Origin: Bacteroidales bacterium | GTDB taxonomy: Bacteria; Bacteroidota; Bacteroidia; Bacteroidales; DTU049 | Assembly: GCA_026418905.1 (NCBI GenBank) | Contig: JAOAAK010000028.1 | Coordinates: 6,433 to 70,432, forward strand | Direction: 5' to 3' | DNA length: 64,000 nt | Part shown: piece by piece, positions 48,313 through 58,579 of the stretch | How the letters are laid out: every line of letters starts with the position of its first letter | Position numbering within the stretch: position 1 is the stretch's first letter | Made by a program: the position numbers and the translations under genes | The notes under the pieces: model-generated | Told to the model about the DNA's origin: nothing | Database searches by the model: none | The model's input: the letters and a program-made list of their open reading frames with translations, nothing else

Positions 48313-48639
48313 ATGAAAAAAGACAAAGAAAAACCTGAATATCATAAATTTTATTTTGAATCAGGCGAATTTTATGGCTTGCCGACGGAAAAATATTTAA
48401 ATCGCAAGCCATATAGACCTCTCAATCCAAAACATGTTTTATCAATTATCCCTGGTATCATTCGGAAGATTTATGTTAAACCTAATCAACTTGTAAAAGA
48501 AGGAGATATATTACTTGAATTGGAAGCCATGAAGATGTATAATAAAATCCTTGCTCCTATGACTGGGAAAATTAAACACATACATGTTAGTCCGGGAGAT
48601 AAAATTCCAAAAGACTTCATCATGATTGAGTACTATTAA
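48313..48639 (+). CDS. Small biotin carboxyl carrier (biotinyl/lipoyl domain) protein
   Basis: The biotinylation motif LELEAMKMYNKI lies within a ~70-aa lipoyl-like domain. The gene starts 11 nt downstream of the carboxyltransferase. Confidence 0.8.
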   Translation: MKKDKEKPEYHKFYFESGEFYGLPTEKYLNRKPYRPLNPKHVLSIIPGIIRKIYVKPNQLVKEGDILLELEAMKMYNKILAPMTGKIKHIHVSPGDKIPKDFIMIEYY

Positions 48640-48656
48640 TTTAGATCTCATTGCAT

Positions 48657-51116
48657 TTAAAAATCCATGTCCTCATAATTTTGATTTTCCCTATCTCTTT
48701 TTTTCCTGTCGCGAGGCTTGTAGTCTCCTTTTAATTTCCATGTCAGGTTTAGCATGACAATGGGGGATTCATGCTTGTGTTGATTGATGAAAAAATACGT
48801 GGGCTGATCGAAAATGATTTCAAATTTTTGCGTCATAAAGATGTCCATCGCGTTCAAAGAAACTATTATTTTGTCTTTTAAGAAAGATTTTCGAAAACCA
48901 GCATTTACTGCCCAAGAGGGCTGACGAGTTCCTTGCCCAGTAAAACGGGGGCCATTAAACATGCCAGTAAATTGTAGTTCAGTCATATGAGGCAATTTGA
49001 AAGTTTGATTGGTTTTTAACGACCAACCTCTTGCATCACCTGTAATGGAAGTTTCAATATTTTGTCCATTGATACGCGTCCAATAATATTGCCCACTTAT
49101 AGTAAAATTCCACCATTTTTGTGGTTTTCCAGAAAAAGTGGCATCTATACCAGTCGAAACTGCACTTTGATAATTTTGCCATGTCATGATAAAAACAGAA
49201 TCATTGATGCTTTGTCGATAACGAGTTATCACATCGGTCACATATTTATAAAAAACAGAAGGAATGAAATTGAACTTTTTTCCATATAAAGCATACGAAA
49301 ACTCTACTGAATGAATGTATTCGGGTTTTAGATATGGATTTCCTGCTCTAATGTTAGGATAATTGCTATAATCTTTAAAAGGATTTAAATTAAAAAAAGA
49401 AGGGCGATTTATCCTTCTGCTATATGTCAGTTGAATTTGATGATTAGGTCGTATCATGTGAGAGATGGCTCCACTTAAAAAAATGCTTTTATAAACATTG
49501 ATATTATCAGCAGAATCAATCAGATGCACATTTGTTTGAGCATGTTCTAGCCTAATTCCTCCAGAAGCACTCCATCTTTTCCATTGCTTTTTTAATACTC
49601 CATAAAGAGCAGCTATTTGTTCCTTAAAAATATATGTGTACAATAACGTATCATTTTGTTTCCACTGAAGTTGATTGAAATCATACCACAAGTTTTCATT
49701 TCTAAAATTCATCAGACGCAGGGATCCTTCAAATCCTGCCTCCATCAACATACTATCAGAAAGAGGATAAGACCAGTTAATTTTACCATTTCCTATTTGA
49801 TGTTTTGTGGCTCTTTGATATAGCTGCCAATTAGTTAACTGAGATTCAATGCTATCACCTTTAAAAAAAAGAAAACGATTAAATGACGTATCTATAAATT
49901 TACTGTTGCTCCAAGAAAAATCAATAGTTAATTCTTCTTGAGGCTGTTTAAATCTTTTCATCATATTAATCGCCAGATCTGTATTATGTCCACCTCGCGT
50001 ATAGTTATTCATGGTAATAAAACTCAAGGTCGTATCGCCAGAAGGATCTTCGTAAAATGAATTAGTCTTGTCTTTTCCTATTCCTTCATTAAAAAAAGTC
50101 GTAACGGAAGCAGATAAAGTCCATCCTGGTAAAAAATACCAATCGCCCCCAAATTTAACAGAATAATTTTGCATGAGATCACTTCCGTTTGACTTTTGAA
50201 ATAAATAGTATTGATCCAATAAATAATATGAAAATCTTTCTCTTTTTCCCATCTGAAAGCTTTGCCTATTTGATCCGTCCAGGTTAAGAAATACTGAATA
50301 CTTGTCGGTAGAATAATTGAGAGCAAAGTTTCCATTGTATTTATTTTTAGATCCTATGCCCATGGTTAATATTGAATTAAACCCCGATCCTTTCTTTTTT
50401 TTCAATATCAAATTTATGATCCCTGTCATCCCTTCGGGATTATACTTTGTTGATGGATTGGTCAGTATTTCTATTCGTTCGATGTTGGAACCTTGTATTT
50501 GCTCTAAAGCTGCTCGACGATTAGACCCAGTTAACGTGCTAGGACGACCATCTATTAGCACAAGCACATTTTCACTCCCTCGTAAGCTAATATTGCCATC
50601 TTGATCTACTTCAATACCAGGAACATTACGCAACAAATCCAAAGCTGTACCTCCCTGCGAAGTAATATCCTCCTTTACGTGTATTACTTTTTTATCTAAT
50701 TCCAACTCAATTTGAGGTCTATCGTCTTCGATCGTGACTTCCTTTAGTCGATAAGTGGAAGACATTAAATATATTGTTCCCATATCTATCGACGCATTAG
50801 GCAAAGATGTCTGAGGAGAAATCTGTACAGGTGAGACTGTTTTTGGAGTATAACCCAAAAAGCTAAAAGTAATGCGAAACTTCCCAGGGCGAGGAACAGT
50901 AATGTTAAATTGACCGTTTTCATTAGTAATACCTCCAGTAACCAGAGATGAATCTTTCAACAAAAACACACTGACCATACAATATTCTATAGGTTTTTTG
51001 GATAAAGAATCCAATACAACCCCTTTTAAAGTCCAGGAAAATGAAGTATGATCATCGCGTTGAGCTAAAATCAAGCCATTCCAGAAAAATGGAAATAAAA
51101 TAATAAGTTTTTTCAT
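48657..51116 (-). CDS. TonB-dependent receptor-like outer membrane beta-barrel protein with an N-terminal carboxypeptidase-regulatory-like domain
   Basis: Signal peptide, a CarboxypepD_reg-like region (VSVFLLKDSS...NGQFNI...GKFRITFSFLGY), a plug region (GNISLRGS.NVLVLIDGRP) and a long amphipathic beta-rich C-terminus. Confidence 0.8.
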   Translation of the reverse strand: MKKLIILFPFFWNGLILAQRDDHTSFSWTLKGVVLDSLSKKPIEYCMVSVFLLKDSSLVTGGITNENGQFNITVPRPGKFRITFSFLGYTPKTVSPVQISPQTSLPNASIDMGTIYLMSSTYRLKEVTIEDDRPQIELELDKKVIHVKEDITSQGGTALDLLRNVPGIEVDQDGNISLRGSENVLVLIDGRPSTLTGSNRRAALEQIQGSNIERIEILTNPSTKYNPEGMTGIINLILKKKKGSGFNSILTMGIGSKNKYNGNFALNYSTDKYSVFLNLDGSNRQSFQMGKRERFSYYLLDQYYLFQKSNGSDLMQNYSVKFGGDWYFLPGWTLSASVTTFFNEGIGKDKTNSFYEDPSGDTTLSFITMNNYTRGGHNTDLAINMMKRFKQPQEELTIDFSWSNSKFIDTSFNRFLFFKGDSIESQLTNWQLYQRATKHQIGNGKINWSYPLSDSMLMEAGFEGSLRLMNFRNENLWYDFNQLQWKQNDTLLYTYIFKEQIAALYGVLKKQWKRWSASGGIRLEHAQTNVHLIDSADNINVYKSIFLSGAISHMIRPNHQIQLTYSRRINRPSFFNLNPFKDYSNYPNIRAGNPYLKPEYIHSVEFSYALYGKKFNFIPSVFYKYVTDVITRYRQSINDSVFIMTWQNYQSAVSTGIDATFSGKPQKWWNFTISGQYYWTRINGQNIETSITGDARGWSLKTNQTFKLPHMTELQFTGMFNGPRFTGQGTRQPSWAVNAGFRKSFLKDKIIVSLNAMDIFMTQKFEIIFDQPTYFFINQHKHESPIVMLNLTWKLKGDYKPRDRKKRDRENQNYEDMDF

Positions 51117-51182
51117 AAAGTTTTTTCTTTTAGACAGTCTTATTGTTTTTTTCTTTCGATAATGTATATGAATAATTTTTGA

Positions 51183-51190
51183 TAAATTTG
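51183..51190 (+). promoter_or_regulatory. -7 box TAnnTTTG (taaatttg) for the 51214 gene
   Basis: Exact match. The ATG at 51214 begins 24 nt after the end of the motif. Confidence 0.5.
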
Positions 51191-51213
51191 CTCAACAATG
51201 TAAAATTTTCATT

Positions 51214-53832
51214 ATGAAAAAGTTTCTTATTCTTACCGTATTTATGAGTTACATTTTGTGCTTGTCTGCTCAAAATGTTGATTCTGATAACATCTTTTAT
51301 CAGGATCAAAAGAAAAAATTAGGTAATGAAAAAATGCCTATTAAAAGTCTTGCGGGTTCTACTATTGCTTATACTGGAGGAGGCTATATTGCTGGGTCCA
51401 CCATGATTTTAACATTTCAATTAAATGTTGTATCTAACGATTGGGAGTTTGTCGATGGTGTAAGTATGACGTTCCCTTCAGGAATTACCCCCTTGGAATC
51501 TGGGACTAGCAATCCATTAGCAAACCCCAATGGTTGTTCCGGAGCAAATGTAAACCTTGTAACTCCTGTTTCTGGTCAAACCATCATGTGGGGCACTAGC
51601 AATCCAACTGGCTGCGGAGCCTTGGATCAAGGAATATATAATTTTCAGGTAAACGTATCTATCCAACCATCCGTTACAGGCCCAAAAACCATTAACTATA
51701 CCATTTACGGAGATGGATATGGAAGCAATCCTCATGTAATTAATGGGTCTATCGTAATTAACCCTGCTCCATCCTTAGAACTGAAAGTCAATCAACTCTT
51801 TTTATCTAACTATTATATCCTAGATAGTACCATCAAACCCTCTGTTGAAATCAAAAACATGGGCGCAAGTAATGCACTAGTAGATGTTGTTTTAAACATT
51901 TTAAATTCCTCTAACACACTGATTTATACAGATACATTTTCTTTGTCGCTTCTCCCTCTTCAGACGGATACTGTTAATTTCACACCTCTTACAGCTTCAC
52001 CTGTTGGTAGCTATACAGCAAAAGCTACCATCCTTATCTTAGATAATGATACTACTAACAATTCATTACAAAAAAATTATCAGGTAGTTATTCCAAAATA
52101 TGCTTTTGCTTTTAACGCTTATGATCCCACAAGCACCATACCTACTGGCCCAGTCAAAATAGAAATCCCTACGGGTAAAATCACATCTCTCAGTTCGTAC
52201 AACGGAGATTTTATGAGTGGAGGAGATTTTGTCAATGGAACATGGTATACTTCTCAATACAGTAACACCCAAAACTCAAAAATTATGACTATTGATACTA
52301 CATCAGGAACGATCACAGAAATTGGTGCAAGTGGCCTTTCTCTCACGGGTCTGGCATACGATGTTAAAACTGGTTTCCTTTATGGTTCTGCATACGACGG
52401 AAGTAATTCTAATTTAGTTAAGATTAATATTTCAACTGGTCAATCTTATCCTGTTGGATCCATATGTTCGGGTATCATCATTGGCATTGCTTGCGATTCT
52501 GCAGGTAATTTATATGGTATCAATCTTAATGACAACAACTTATATAGCATCAATAAAACAACGGGAGCGGGAACCATCATTGGTCCTTTAGGGATTGATA
52601 TCAATTATGCTCAAGATATTGGATTTGATCGCAACAAAAACAAGTTATATGGTACACTCTATTCTAGCTCCGGCATTCTTGCAGAAATTAATACAAACAC
52701 TGGGCAAGCAACCATTCTTGCTACATTTCCCCAAGAACTTGATGCGTTGGCTTTCCCGTATAATTTAGCACCTATAACAAATGACATAGCTGTAATGGGA
52801 ATTAATCCTATTCCTAAAGGTTGTCACCTTTCCGGCTCTCAATCTATCTCTGTTAACCTATTCAATCCTTCTTCTTCTCAGCTTTTCAACATCCCCATAT
52901 CCTATAAAATCAACGGTAGTTCTCCTGTAACAGAAATTATCACAGTTACCATTCCCTCTCAATCCAGTTATGTATACACTTTTAATCAAACTGCTAACTT
53001 ATCTCAAGACGGCGTTTACAACATCGTAGCATATACATCTCTTCCTGGAGATAATAATTCTAGCAATGACACAGCAAAAACCATTACCAAAAACTTTCCC
53101 TCACTTCAAATTCCTGTATCATTTGGCTTTGAAACACCTGAAGAAAACGAAACATTTACCATTATCGACGAAAATGGTGGTTCCACATGGAATATCGGTA
53201 AGAATCAAAATTATGCACGCACGGATAGCGGATTTGCTTATTATATGTATAATCAAGCTCTACCAGGAAAAGATTGGTTAATCACCAATTGTATTTCTAT
53301 GGAAGCAGGCAAAACATATCAACTCAACTTTTACTACAAAGCTTTTGATAGCAACTATAATGAAAAAATGAAAGTTTTTCTAGGAACTAGCAATACTGTC
53401 AGTGGTATGACAACGCTATTAACAGATCTCGGACTTTTCAATCATACCACATATCAGCTTGGATCGAAAACATTTACTGTTCCCTCTACCGGAGAATATT
53501 ATATTGGATTTTACGCTTATAGTACCCCAGACCAATTTGCCATTCTTCTCGATGATATTTCTATTAGCGATGTAACTGACATTGTTGAAATAAATAATGA
53601 TGTTTCTTTTAAAATTTATCCCAATCCATCTTCTGAGCTAGTATTTATAGAGGGAACCACTTGCAACAGCATGATAAAAATTTACAACACTTGTGGACAA
53701 CTTCTATATGAACACATTGGAAAAGATAATATTACTACCATACCTGTTCTACACCTTCCTTCAGGAATGTACTATTTGCACATCATCGATCACCAAACAA
53801 CACAAACTATTCCCTTACAAATTCTGAGATAA
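51214..53832 (+). CDS. T9SS type A cargo with beta-propeller-like LYG repeats, CARDB-like Ig domains and a choice-of-anchor-J/MAM-like domain
   Basis: Signal peptide, repeated ..LYG....L..IN..TG..T.IG units, FGFE...W...DWLITNCISMEAGKTYQLNFYYKA, and the tail IYPNPSSELVFIEG...GMYYLHI...QILR. Confidence 0.7.
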   Translation: MKKFLILTVFMSYILCLSAQNVDSDNIFYQDQKKKLGNEKMPIKSLAGSTIAYTGGGYIAGSTMILTFQLNVVSNDWEFVDGVSMTFPSGITPLESGTSNPLANPNGCSGANVNLVTPVSGQTIMWGTSNPTGCGALDQGIYNFQVNVSIQPSVTGPKTINYTIYGDGYGSNPHVINGSIVINPAPSLELKVNQLFLSNYYILDSTIKPSVEIKNMGASNALVDVVLNILNSSNTLIYTDTFSLSLLPLQTDTVNFTPLTASPVGSYTAKATILILDNDTTNNSLQKNYQVVIPKYAFAFNAYDPTSTIPTGPVKIEIPTGKITSLSSYNGDFMSGGDFVNGTWYTSQYSNTQNSKIMTIDTTSGTITEIGASGLSLTGLAYDVKTGFLYGSAYDGSNSNLVKINISTGQSYPVGSICSGIIIGIACDSAGNLYGINLNDNNLYSINKTTGAGTIIGPLGIDINYAQDIGFDRNKNKLYGTLYSSSGILAEINTNTGQATILATFPQELDALAFPYNLAPITNDIAVMGINPIPKGCHLSGSQSISVNLFNPSSSQLFNIPISYKINGSSPVTEIITVTIPSQSSYVYTFNQTANLSQDGVYNIVAYTSLPGDNNSSNDTAKTITKNFPSLQIPVSFGFETPEENETFTIIDENGGSTWNIGKNQNYARTDSGFAYYMYNQALPGKDWLITNCISMEAGKTYQLNFYYKAFDSNYNEKMKVFLGTSNTVSGMTTLLTDLGLFNHTTYQLGSKTFTVPSTGEYYIGFYAYSTPDQFAILLDDISISDVTDIVEINNDVSFKIYPNPSSELVFIEGTTCNSMIKIYNTCGQLLYEHIGKDNITTIPVLHLPSGMYYLHIIDHQTTQTIPLQILR

Positions 53833-53854
53833 TAAAATTCATTAAATTCATACC

Positions 53855-53878
53855 AGCCGCCTGCTTGGCGGCTTTTTT
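53855..53878 (+). terminator. Rho-independent terminator, placed between convergent genes
   Basis: Stem agccgcc (53855-53861) pairs with ggcggct (53867-53873) around a 5-nt loop, with a T6 tail on the plus strand. There is no T-tail on the minus strand. Confidence 0.8.
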
Positions 53879-53889
53879 ATTTGCGTAAA

Positions 53890-54471
53890 TTACGATAAGA
53901 GAAAATTTTTCACTTCTATAATGGTTTTTGCAATGGCGTTCTCAAGGTCATCATTAACTATAATCACATCAAATTGAGGCTCAAAAGATAATTCATACAA
54001 AGCCTTAGCAATTCTAGTCTCTAAAGTCTGTTCGGTTTCTGTGTGCCTATTTATGAGTCGCTGACGTAAAACTTCTAAACTAGGAGGTTTAATAAAAATA
54101 CTTAGAGATCGATTCCCAAAAAATCTTTTGAGTGAAACAGCACCTTTTACATCTACGTCGAAAAGGATAATTTTTCTCTCCCTCCAAAGTCGGTCCACTT
54201 CGCTCTTTAAAGTTCCATAAAATTGACCAGGATAAACCTCTTCCCACTCGACGAATTCGTCGTTGATGATTTTATCTTTAAACTCTTCTACGGTTAAAAA
54301 ATAATAATCCACTCCATGTTTTTCACAACTACGTGGAGGCCTTGTGGTAGCAGAGACAGAAAAAGCAAAAGGAAAATTTAATCGTTTCATAAGTTCATGC
54401 ACGATGGTTGTTTTTCCACCGCCACTGGGCGCTGAAAAAATAATTACCTTTTGATCATCATTAGAGGACAT
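53890..54471 (-). CDS. gmk: Guanylate kinase
   Basis: P-loop SAPSGGGKTT, SATTRPPR..E..G.DY.F and the expected length. Confidence 0.9.
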   Translation of the reverse strand: MSSNDDQKVIIFSAPSGGGKTTIVHELMKRLNFPFAFSVSATTRPPRSCEKHGVDYYFLTVEEFKDKIINDEFVEWEEVYPGQFYGTLKSEVDRLWRERKIILFDVDVKGAVSLKRFFGNRSLSIFIKPPSLEVLRQRLINRHTETEQTLETRIAKALYELSFEPQFDVIIVNDDLENAIAKTIIEVKNFLLS

Positions 54472-55348
54472 TACTTAACTGCTCTTTAATTTTTTCTAAT
54501 GCTGTTTTCATTTCGACTACCAATTGCTGAATTTCGAACATATTGCTTTTGTTTCCTAGGGTGTTAATTTCCCTCCCCATTTCCTGAACTATAAAAGTTA
54601 ATTTTTTCCCTTTCAGTAGATTCTTCTCATCCATCGTAACATCTTTAAAATAATCTAAGTGATGTTTTAGTCTTTTCAACTCTTCATTGATATCTAATTT
54701 ATCAGCGTAATAAATAAGTTGTTCTTCTAATCGCCTTTCATCAAATTCCAAGTCGTTTTGTTTTTTCCACATCCTGAGTTCATCCAAAAGCTTTTTCTTA
54801 TATATTTCAAGGCGTTTGTCGCTCAAAGAAAGAATAGAGAAGTAGTTTTCTTCGATAAAATGAAGTTGTTGTAATATGTCATTTTCCAATGATTTACCTT
54901 CTTCGAGACGATATTGCATAAGTTCATTACAAATGTCCTTTAACTCATTCATAAAAGTTAGGAAATCTTCTTCGGGTATTTCATCTTCCGATAATCTGAA
55001 TACATCGGGAAGGCTCAGTAAAATCTGCATCCAATCACGCTGAGGGTTTTTAATTTGAAGTTGGTCTTCCAGCTCTAACAATTGTTGATAATACCAAGAC
55101 GCAATTTCAAAATTAAAGACATGAGCTGTCGCAGTAATATTCTCTAACCTGACATGTAGATCTATTTTCCCCAATTGCAAAATATCAGCTAAAATTTTTC
55201 TCACTTCTGCTTCTCGTGCTCGAAAAACAAAAGGTAATTTCAAATTGATATCTAACACTTTTGAGTTAAGGGAACGTAATTGCACGCTAAAAGCAAAATG
55301 AGGGGTTATCACTTGCCTTCTGGCAAAGCCAGTCATGGAATATATCAT
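54461..55348 (-). CDS. yicC: YicC-family stress-induced protein
   Basis: N-terminal MIYSMTGFARR and the C-terminal DUF1732-like EMGREINTLGNKS. Confidence 0.85.
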   Translation of the reverse strand: MIYSMTGFARRQVITPHFAFSVQLRSLNSKVLDINLKLPFVFRAREAEVRKILADILQLGKIDLHVRLENITATAHVFNFEIASWYYQQLLELEDQLQIKNPQRDWMQILLSLPDVFRLSEDEIPEEDFLTFMNELKDICNELMQYRLEEGKSLENDILQQLHFIEENYFSILSLSDKRLEIYKKKLLDELRMWKKQNDLEFDERRLEEQLIYYADKLDINEELKRLKHHLDYFKDVTMDEKNLLKGKKLTFIVQEMGREINTLGNKSNMFEIQQLVVEMKTALEKIKEQLSNVL

Positions 55349-55350
55349 AT

Positions 55351-57963
55351 TTATTTTTTTTGATTTACTTGTTTTCTAGACAATTTTTGCTGGAAGAAAT
55401 ACAACTTTTGTAAGGCTTCAATTGGGGTAATCTGGTTGATATCTAGTCCTTCTATTTCTTGACGTAGTTCTTCAAGCAAGGGATCATCGAGTTGGAAAAT
55501 ACTAAGCTGAACTGGCATCGTAATTTGCCCTGGAGTAATATCTGCTTCGGCTCGAATTTTTTCAAATTGGTGAAGTAATTCTTCAGCTCTTTTTACAATT
55601 TTCTCAGGTATGCCAGCCATGCGTGCGACATGAATGCCAAAGCTATGTTCACTTCCTCCTGGAATCACTTTATGTAAAAAAACTATATGATCATGCATTT
55701 CTTTAACTTGTACATGATAATTCTTTATTCGTGGAAATCGATTTGCTAGTTCATTCAATTCATGATAATGGGTAGCAAAAAGAACTTTGGGCCTGTAAAT
55801 GGGATGATTATGAAAATATTCTGTAATTGCCCAGGCTATGGATATTCCATCGTACGTTGCTGTTCCGCGACCTATCTCATCAAGGATGATCAGACTTCTA
55901 CTAGTGAAATTATGCAAAATACGAGAAGTTTCAAGCATTTCGACAAGAAACGTACTTTGTCCGACTGATATGTTATCCGATGCACCGATACGAGAAAAAA
56001 TCTTGTCCACCAACCCGATTCTGGCAAAACGAGCTGGCACGAATGAGCCACATTGAGCAAGAAGAACAATCAATGCAGTTTGACGAAGGTATGCAGATTT
56101 GCCAGACATGTTTGGGCCCGTGAGAATAATAATTTGTTGTTTATCGTTATCTAAATATACATCATTTTCTACATACTTCTCACCAGCTGGTAAGACAGTT
56201 TCAATGACAGGATGTCTTCCTCCTTCGATGTGGATAATCATGTCTTCCTGAATAGAAGGTCGAACATATCTATGCTCTATAGCTACTTTTGCCAGTGAAA
56301 GAAAAACATCTAGTTGGGCCAAAAAAATGGCAACATCTTGCAACGAAGGAATATATTCTTGCAGTTTTTTTAAAAATTGGAAATATAATTCTTGTTCGAT
56401 TTGCAATATTTTTTCTTCTGCACCAAGAATTCGAGCTTCATATTCTTGTAATTCTGGAGTAACATAACGTTCAGCATGAGTCAGAGTTTGTTTTCTTATC
56501 CAATGCTGAGGGACTTTATGGCGATGTGTATGAGTAACTTCAAAATAATAACCAAATACGTTGTTAAAACCTAACTTCAGTGATGAAATTCCTGTTTTGT
56601 GTATTTCTTCAGCAAGAAGTTTTTCCAGAAAATTTTTGCTATCATGAAAAAGCAAACGAAGTTCGTCAAGTTCTTGATTAATTCCTTGGCGAATGATTCC
56701 CCCTTTTTGTATTTGAACAGAGGGATCGTCCACAATGAAAGAATTGATTAAATCATGAACATTGTTTAGATTAAATTGTGAAGGAAGAAAATTTTTGCAT
56801 GGGTCTTCCTTATGTAAAAAATTGTAAATTTCTTCTGCAACTTTAATGGAATGCTTCAATTGAATAAGTTCACGCGGAGATACCTTTAAAACAGCTAAAC
56901 GTCCAACAAATCGTTCAATATCAATTATTTCTTTTAATTTTTGCTGCAAAAAAACTATTTTCTCTGAATATCGAACGAAAAAATCAACCGTTAAAAGGCG
57001 CTCATCTATTTTTTGCTTAGAAAAAAGGGGTGTGGTTAGCCACTTTCTTAGTAAACGACTACCTGCCGGAGTAACCGTTTTATTCATCACATCATACAAA
57101 GCTCTACCTTGTTCGTGCAATGGGTTAAGTATCTCCAAATTTTTCAATGTAAAATTGTCTATCCAAACGTAATCTTGATCATGTAAAAGAGAAATACTTC
57201 GAACATGAGATAATTCTTCTGTTCGGGTTTGTTGAATGTAATACAAGCATGTTCCTGCCGCAATTTTTGCCTTCATCAATTTATCCAATCCGAAAGATGA
57301 CAAAGAAACTACTTTGAATTGTTTCAACAAAGTGTCTTCAGCAAATTGTTCAGTGAAAATCCAATCTTCCAAAATAAAAACATTAAAGGACCCAAATACC
57401 ATAAAAAATTTTTCACGCCAAGAACGAGGAATCAGTACTTCACTTGGTTGAAAATTATGCAACCATCTTGCAACTTGCTCAATGCTTCCTTCAGCAGCAA
57501 AAAATTCACCAGTAGATACATCAATAAAAGCAACACCAGCCGTTTGATGCTGAACAAATATCGAAGCAAGATAATTGTTTCTTGTATTGTCTAACACATT
57601 TTCATGAAATGTAACTCCAGGTGTTACAACTTCCGTAACACCTCGTTTTACAAGCTTTTTAGCAAACTTGGGGTCTTCCAATTGTTCGCATATGGCAACT
57701 CGTTGACCTGCTCTAACCAATTTGGGTAAATAAACATCTAGTGCATGGTAGGGAAAGCCGGCCAGTTCCACATCAGCAGCTGCCCCATTACTTCGCTTAG
57801 TTAGCGTAATATTCAAAATTGATGAGGTTATCACAGCATCCTCACCAAATGTTTCGTAAAAATCACCTACACGAAACAATAAAATGGTACCAGGATACTT
57901 AGCCTTAAGCTCCTGATATTGACGCATAAGTGGCGTCGGAGCAAGACCCTCTTCCTTTTTCAT
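55351..57963 (-). CDS. mutS: DNA mismatch repair protein MutS
   Basis: N-terminal TPLMRQYQELK...GDFYE mismatch-binding domain, Walker A TGPNMSGKS, DEIGRGT and THYHEL. Confidence 0.95.
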   Translation of the reverse strand: MKKEEGLAPTPLMRQYQELKAKYPGTILLFRVGDFYETFGEDAVITSSILNITLTKRSNGAAADVELAGFPYHALDVYLPKLVRAGQRVAICEQLEDPKFAKKLVKRGVTEVVTPGVTFHENVLDNTRNNYLASIFVQHQTAGVAFIDVSTGEFFAAEGSIEQVARWLHNFQPSEVLIPRSWREKFFMVFGSFNVFILEDWIFTEQFAEDTLLKQFKVVSLSSFGLDKLMKAKIAAGTCLYYIQQTRTEELSHVRSISLLHDQDYVWIDNFTLKNLEILNPLHEQGRALYDVMNKTVTPAGSRLLRKWLTTPLFSKQKIDERLLTVDFFVRYSEKIVFLQQKLKEIIDIERFVGRLAVLKVSPRELIQLKHSIKVAEEIYNFLHKEDPCKNFLPSQFNLNNVHDLINSFIVDDPSVQIQKGGIIRQGINQELDELRLLFHDSKNFLEKLLAEEIHKTGISSLKLGFNNVFGYYFEVTHTHRHKVPQHWIRKQTLTHAERYVTPELQEYEARILGAEEKILQIEQELYFQFLKKLQEYIPSLQDVAIFLAQLDVFLSLAKVAIEHRYVRPSIQEDMIIHIEGGRHPVIETVLPAGEKYVENDVYLDNDKQQIIILTGPNMSGKSAYLRQTALIVLLAQCGSFVPARFARIGLVDKIFSRIGASDNISVGQSTFLVEMLETSRILHNFTSRSLIILDEIGRGTATYDGISIAWAITEYFHNHPIYRPKVLFATHYHELNELANRFPRIKNYHVQVKEMHDHIVFLHKVIPGGSEHSFGIHVARMAGIPEKIVKRAEELLHQFEKIRAEADITPGQITMPVQLSIFQLDDPLLEELRQEIEGLDINQITPIEALQKLYFFQQKLSRKQVNQKK

Positions 57964-57980
57964 CTTATGCTATTATCCCC

Positions 57981-58478
57981 TTATTTTACCACCAGGGTAA
58001 TATCGTATTTTTCAGCAAATTTCTTCTGTGCTTCAAGAAACTTTTCGTTGATTCTTTGTTCTTTTTCCTGAACCAAATGTGCTATAGAATCCCACTTTTT
58101 TTTGTTGTCCCAATAAGTTTTTTCAGTCGTCATTTTTAAAATATCTATTAGTCGTGCATATTCATTTTTTGCACACCGGTAATTGGTATCAATAAAATCC
58201 ATGAATGCTTTCCGTAAAATGTCTTCATCATCAAAAGGCTGCATGTTTATATATTTTGCTTTCATTTCTTCCAGTAAACGAACATGCTCGACGTATCTTT
58301 TTTCGATTTGTTGATAATTCGTATCCTGAAAAACATCTACCAGTTTATTGATGGACTCTATTATTAACCTCTGATCTGCCACCACTGCATTGTTAAATTT
58401 CACCGCATCTTCGCGCGTTCTCGAACAATTATAAATACATATTAAACAACTCAACAGCAGAAAAAATTTTTTCATCAT
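57981..58478 (-). CDS. Hypothetical helical lipoprotein
   Basis: Lipobox-like LSCLICIYNC, a Lys/Glu-rich helical sequence, and a -7 box upstream. Confidence 0.5.
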   Translation of the reverse strand: MMKKFFLLLSCLICIYNCSRTREDAVKFNNAVVADQRLIIESINKLVDVFQDTNYQQIEKRYVEHVRLLEEMKAKYINMQPFDDEDILRKAFMDFIDTNYRCAKNEYARLIDILKMTTEKTYWDNKKKWDSIAHLVQEKEQRINEKFLEAQKKFAEKYDITLVVK

Positions 58479-58493
58479 ATTCTCTTTTTTTTA

Positions 58494-58501
58494 CAAAATT
58501 A
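58494..58501 (-). promoter_or_regulatory. -7 box TAnnTTTG (taattttg) for the 57981-58478 gene
   Basis: Exact match on the minus strand. The ATG at 58478 begins 16 nt after the end of the motif. Confidence 0.5.
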
Positions 58502-58554
58502 GACAATATATTAATTGATTAAGCTTTTTTATTCATGGTTATTTTTTATTTTAT

Positions 58555-58562
58555 TAAATTTG
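58555..58562 (+). promoter_or_regulatory. -7 box TAnnTTTG (taaatttg) for the 58580 gene
   Basis: Exact match. The ATG at 58580 begins 18 nt after the end of the motif. The ORF-track start at 58535 lies upstream of the promoter box. Confidence 0.5.
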
Positions 58563-58579
58563 CAAACAAAATCATTTTT

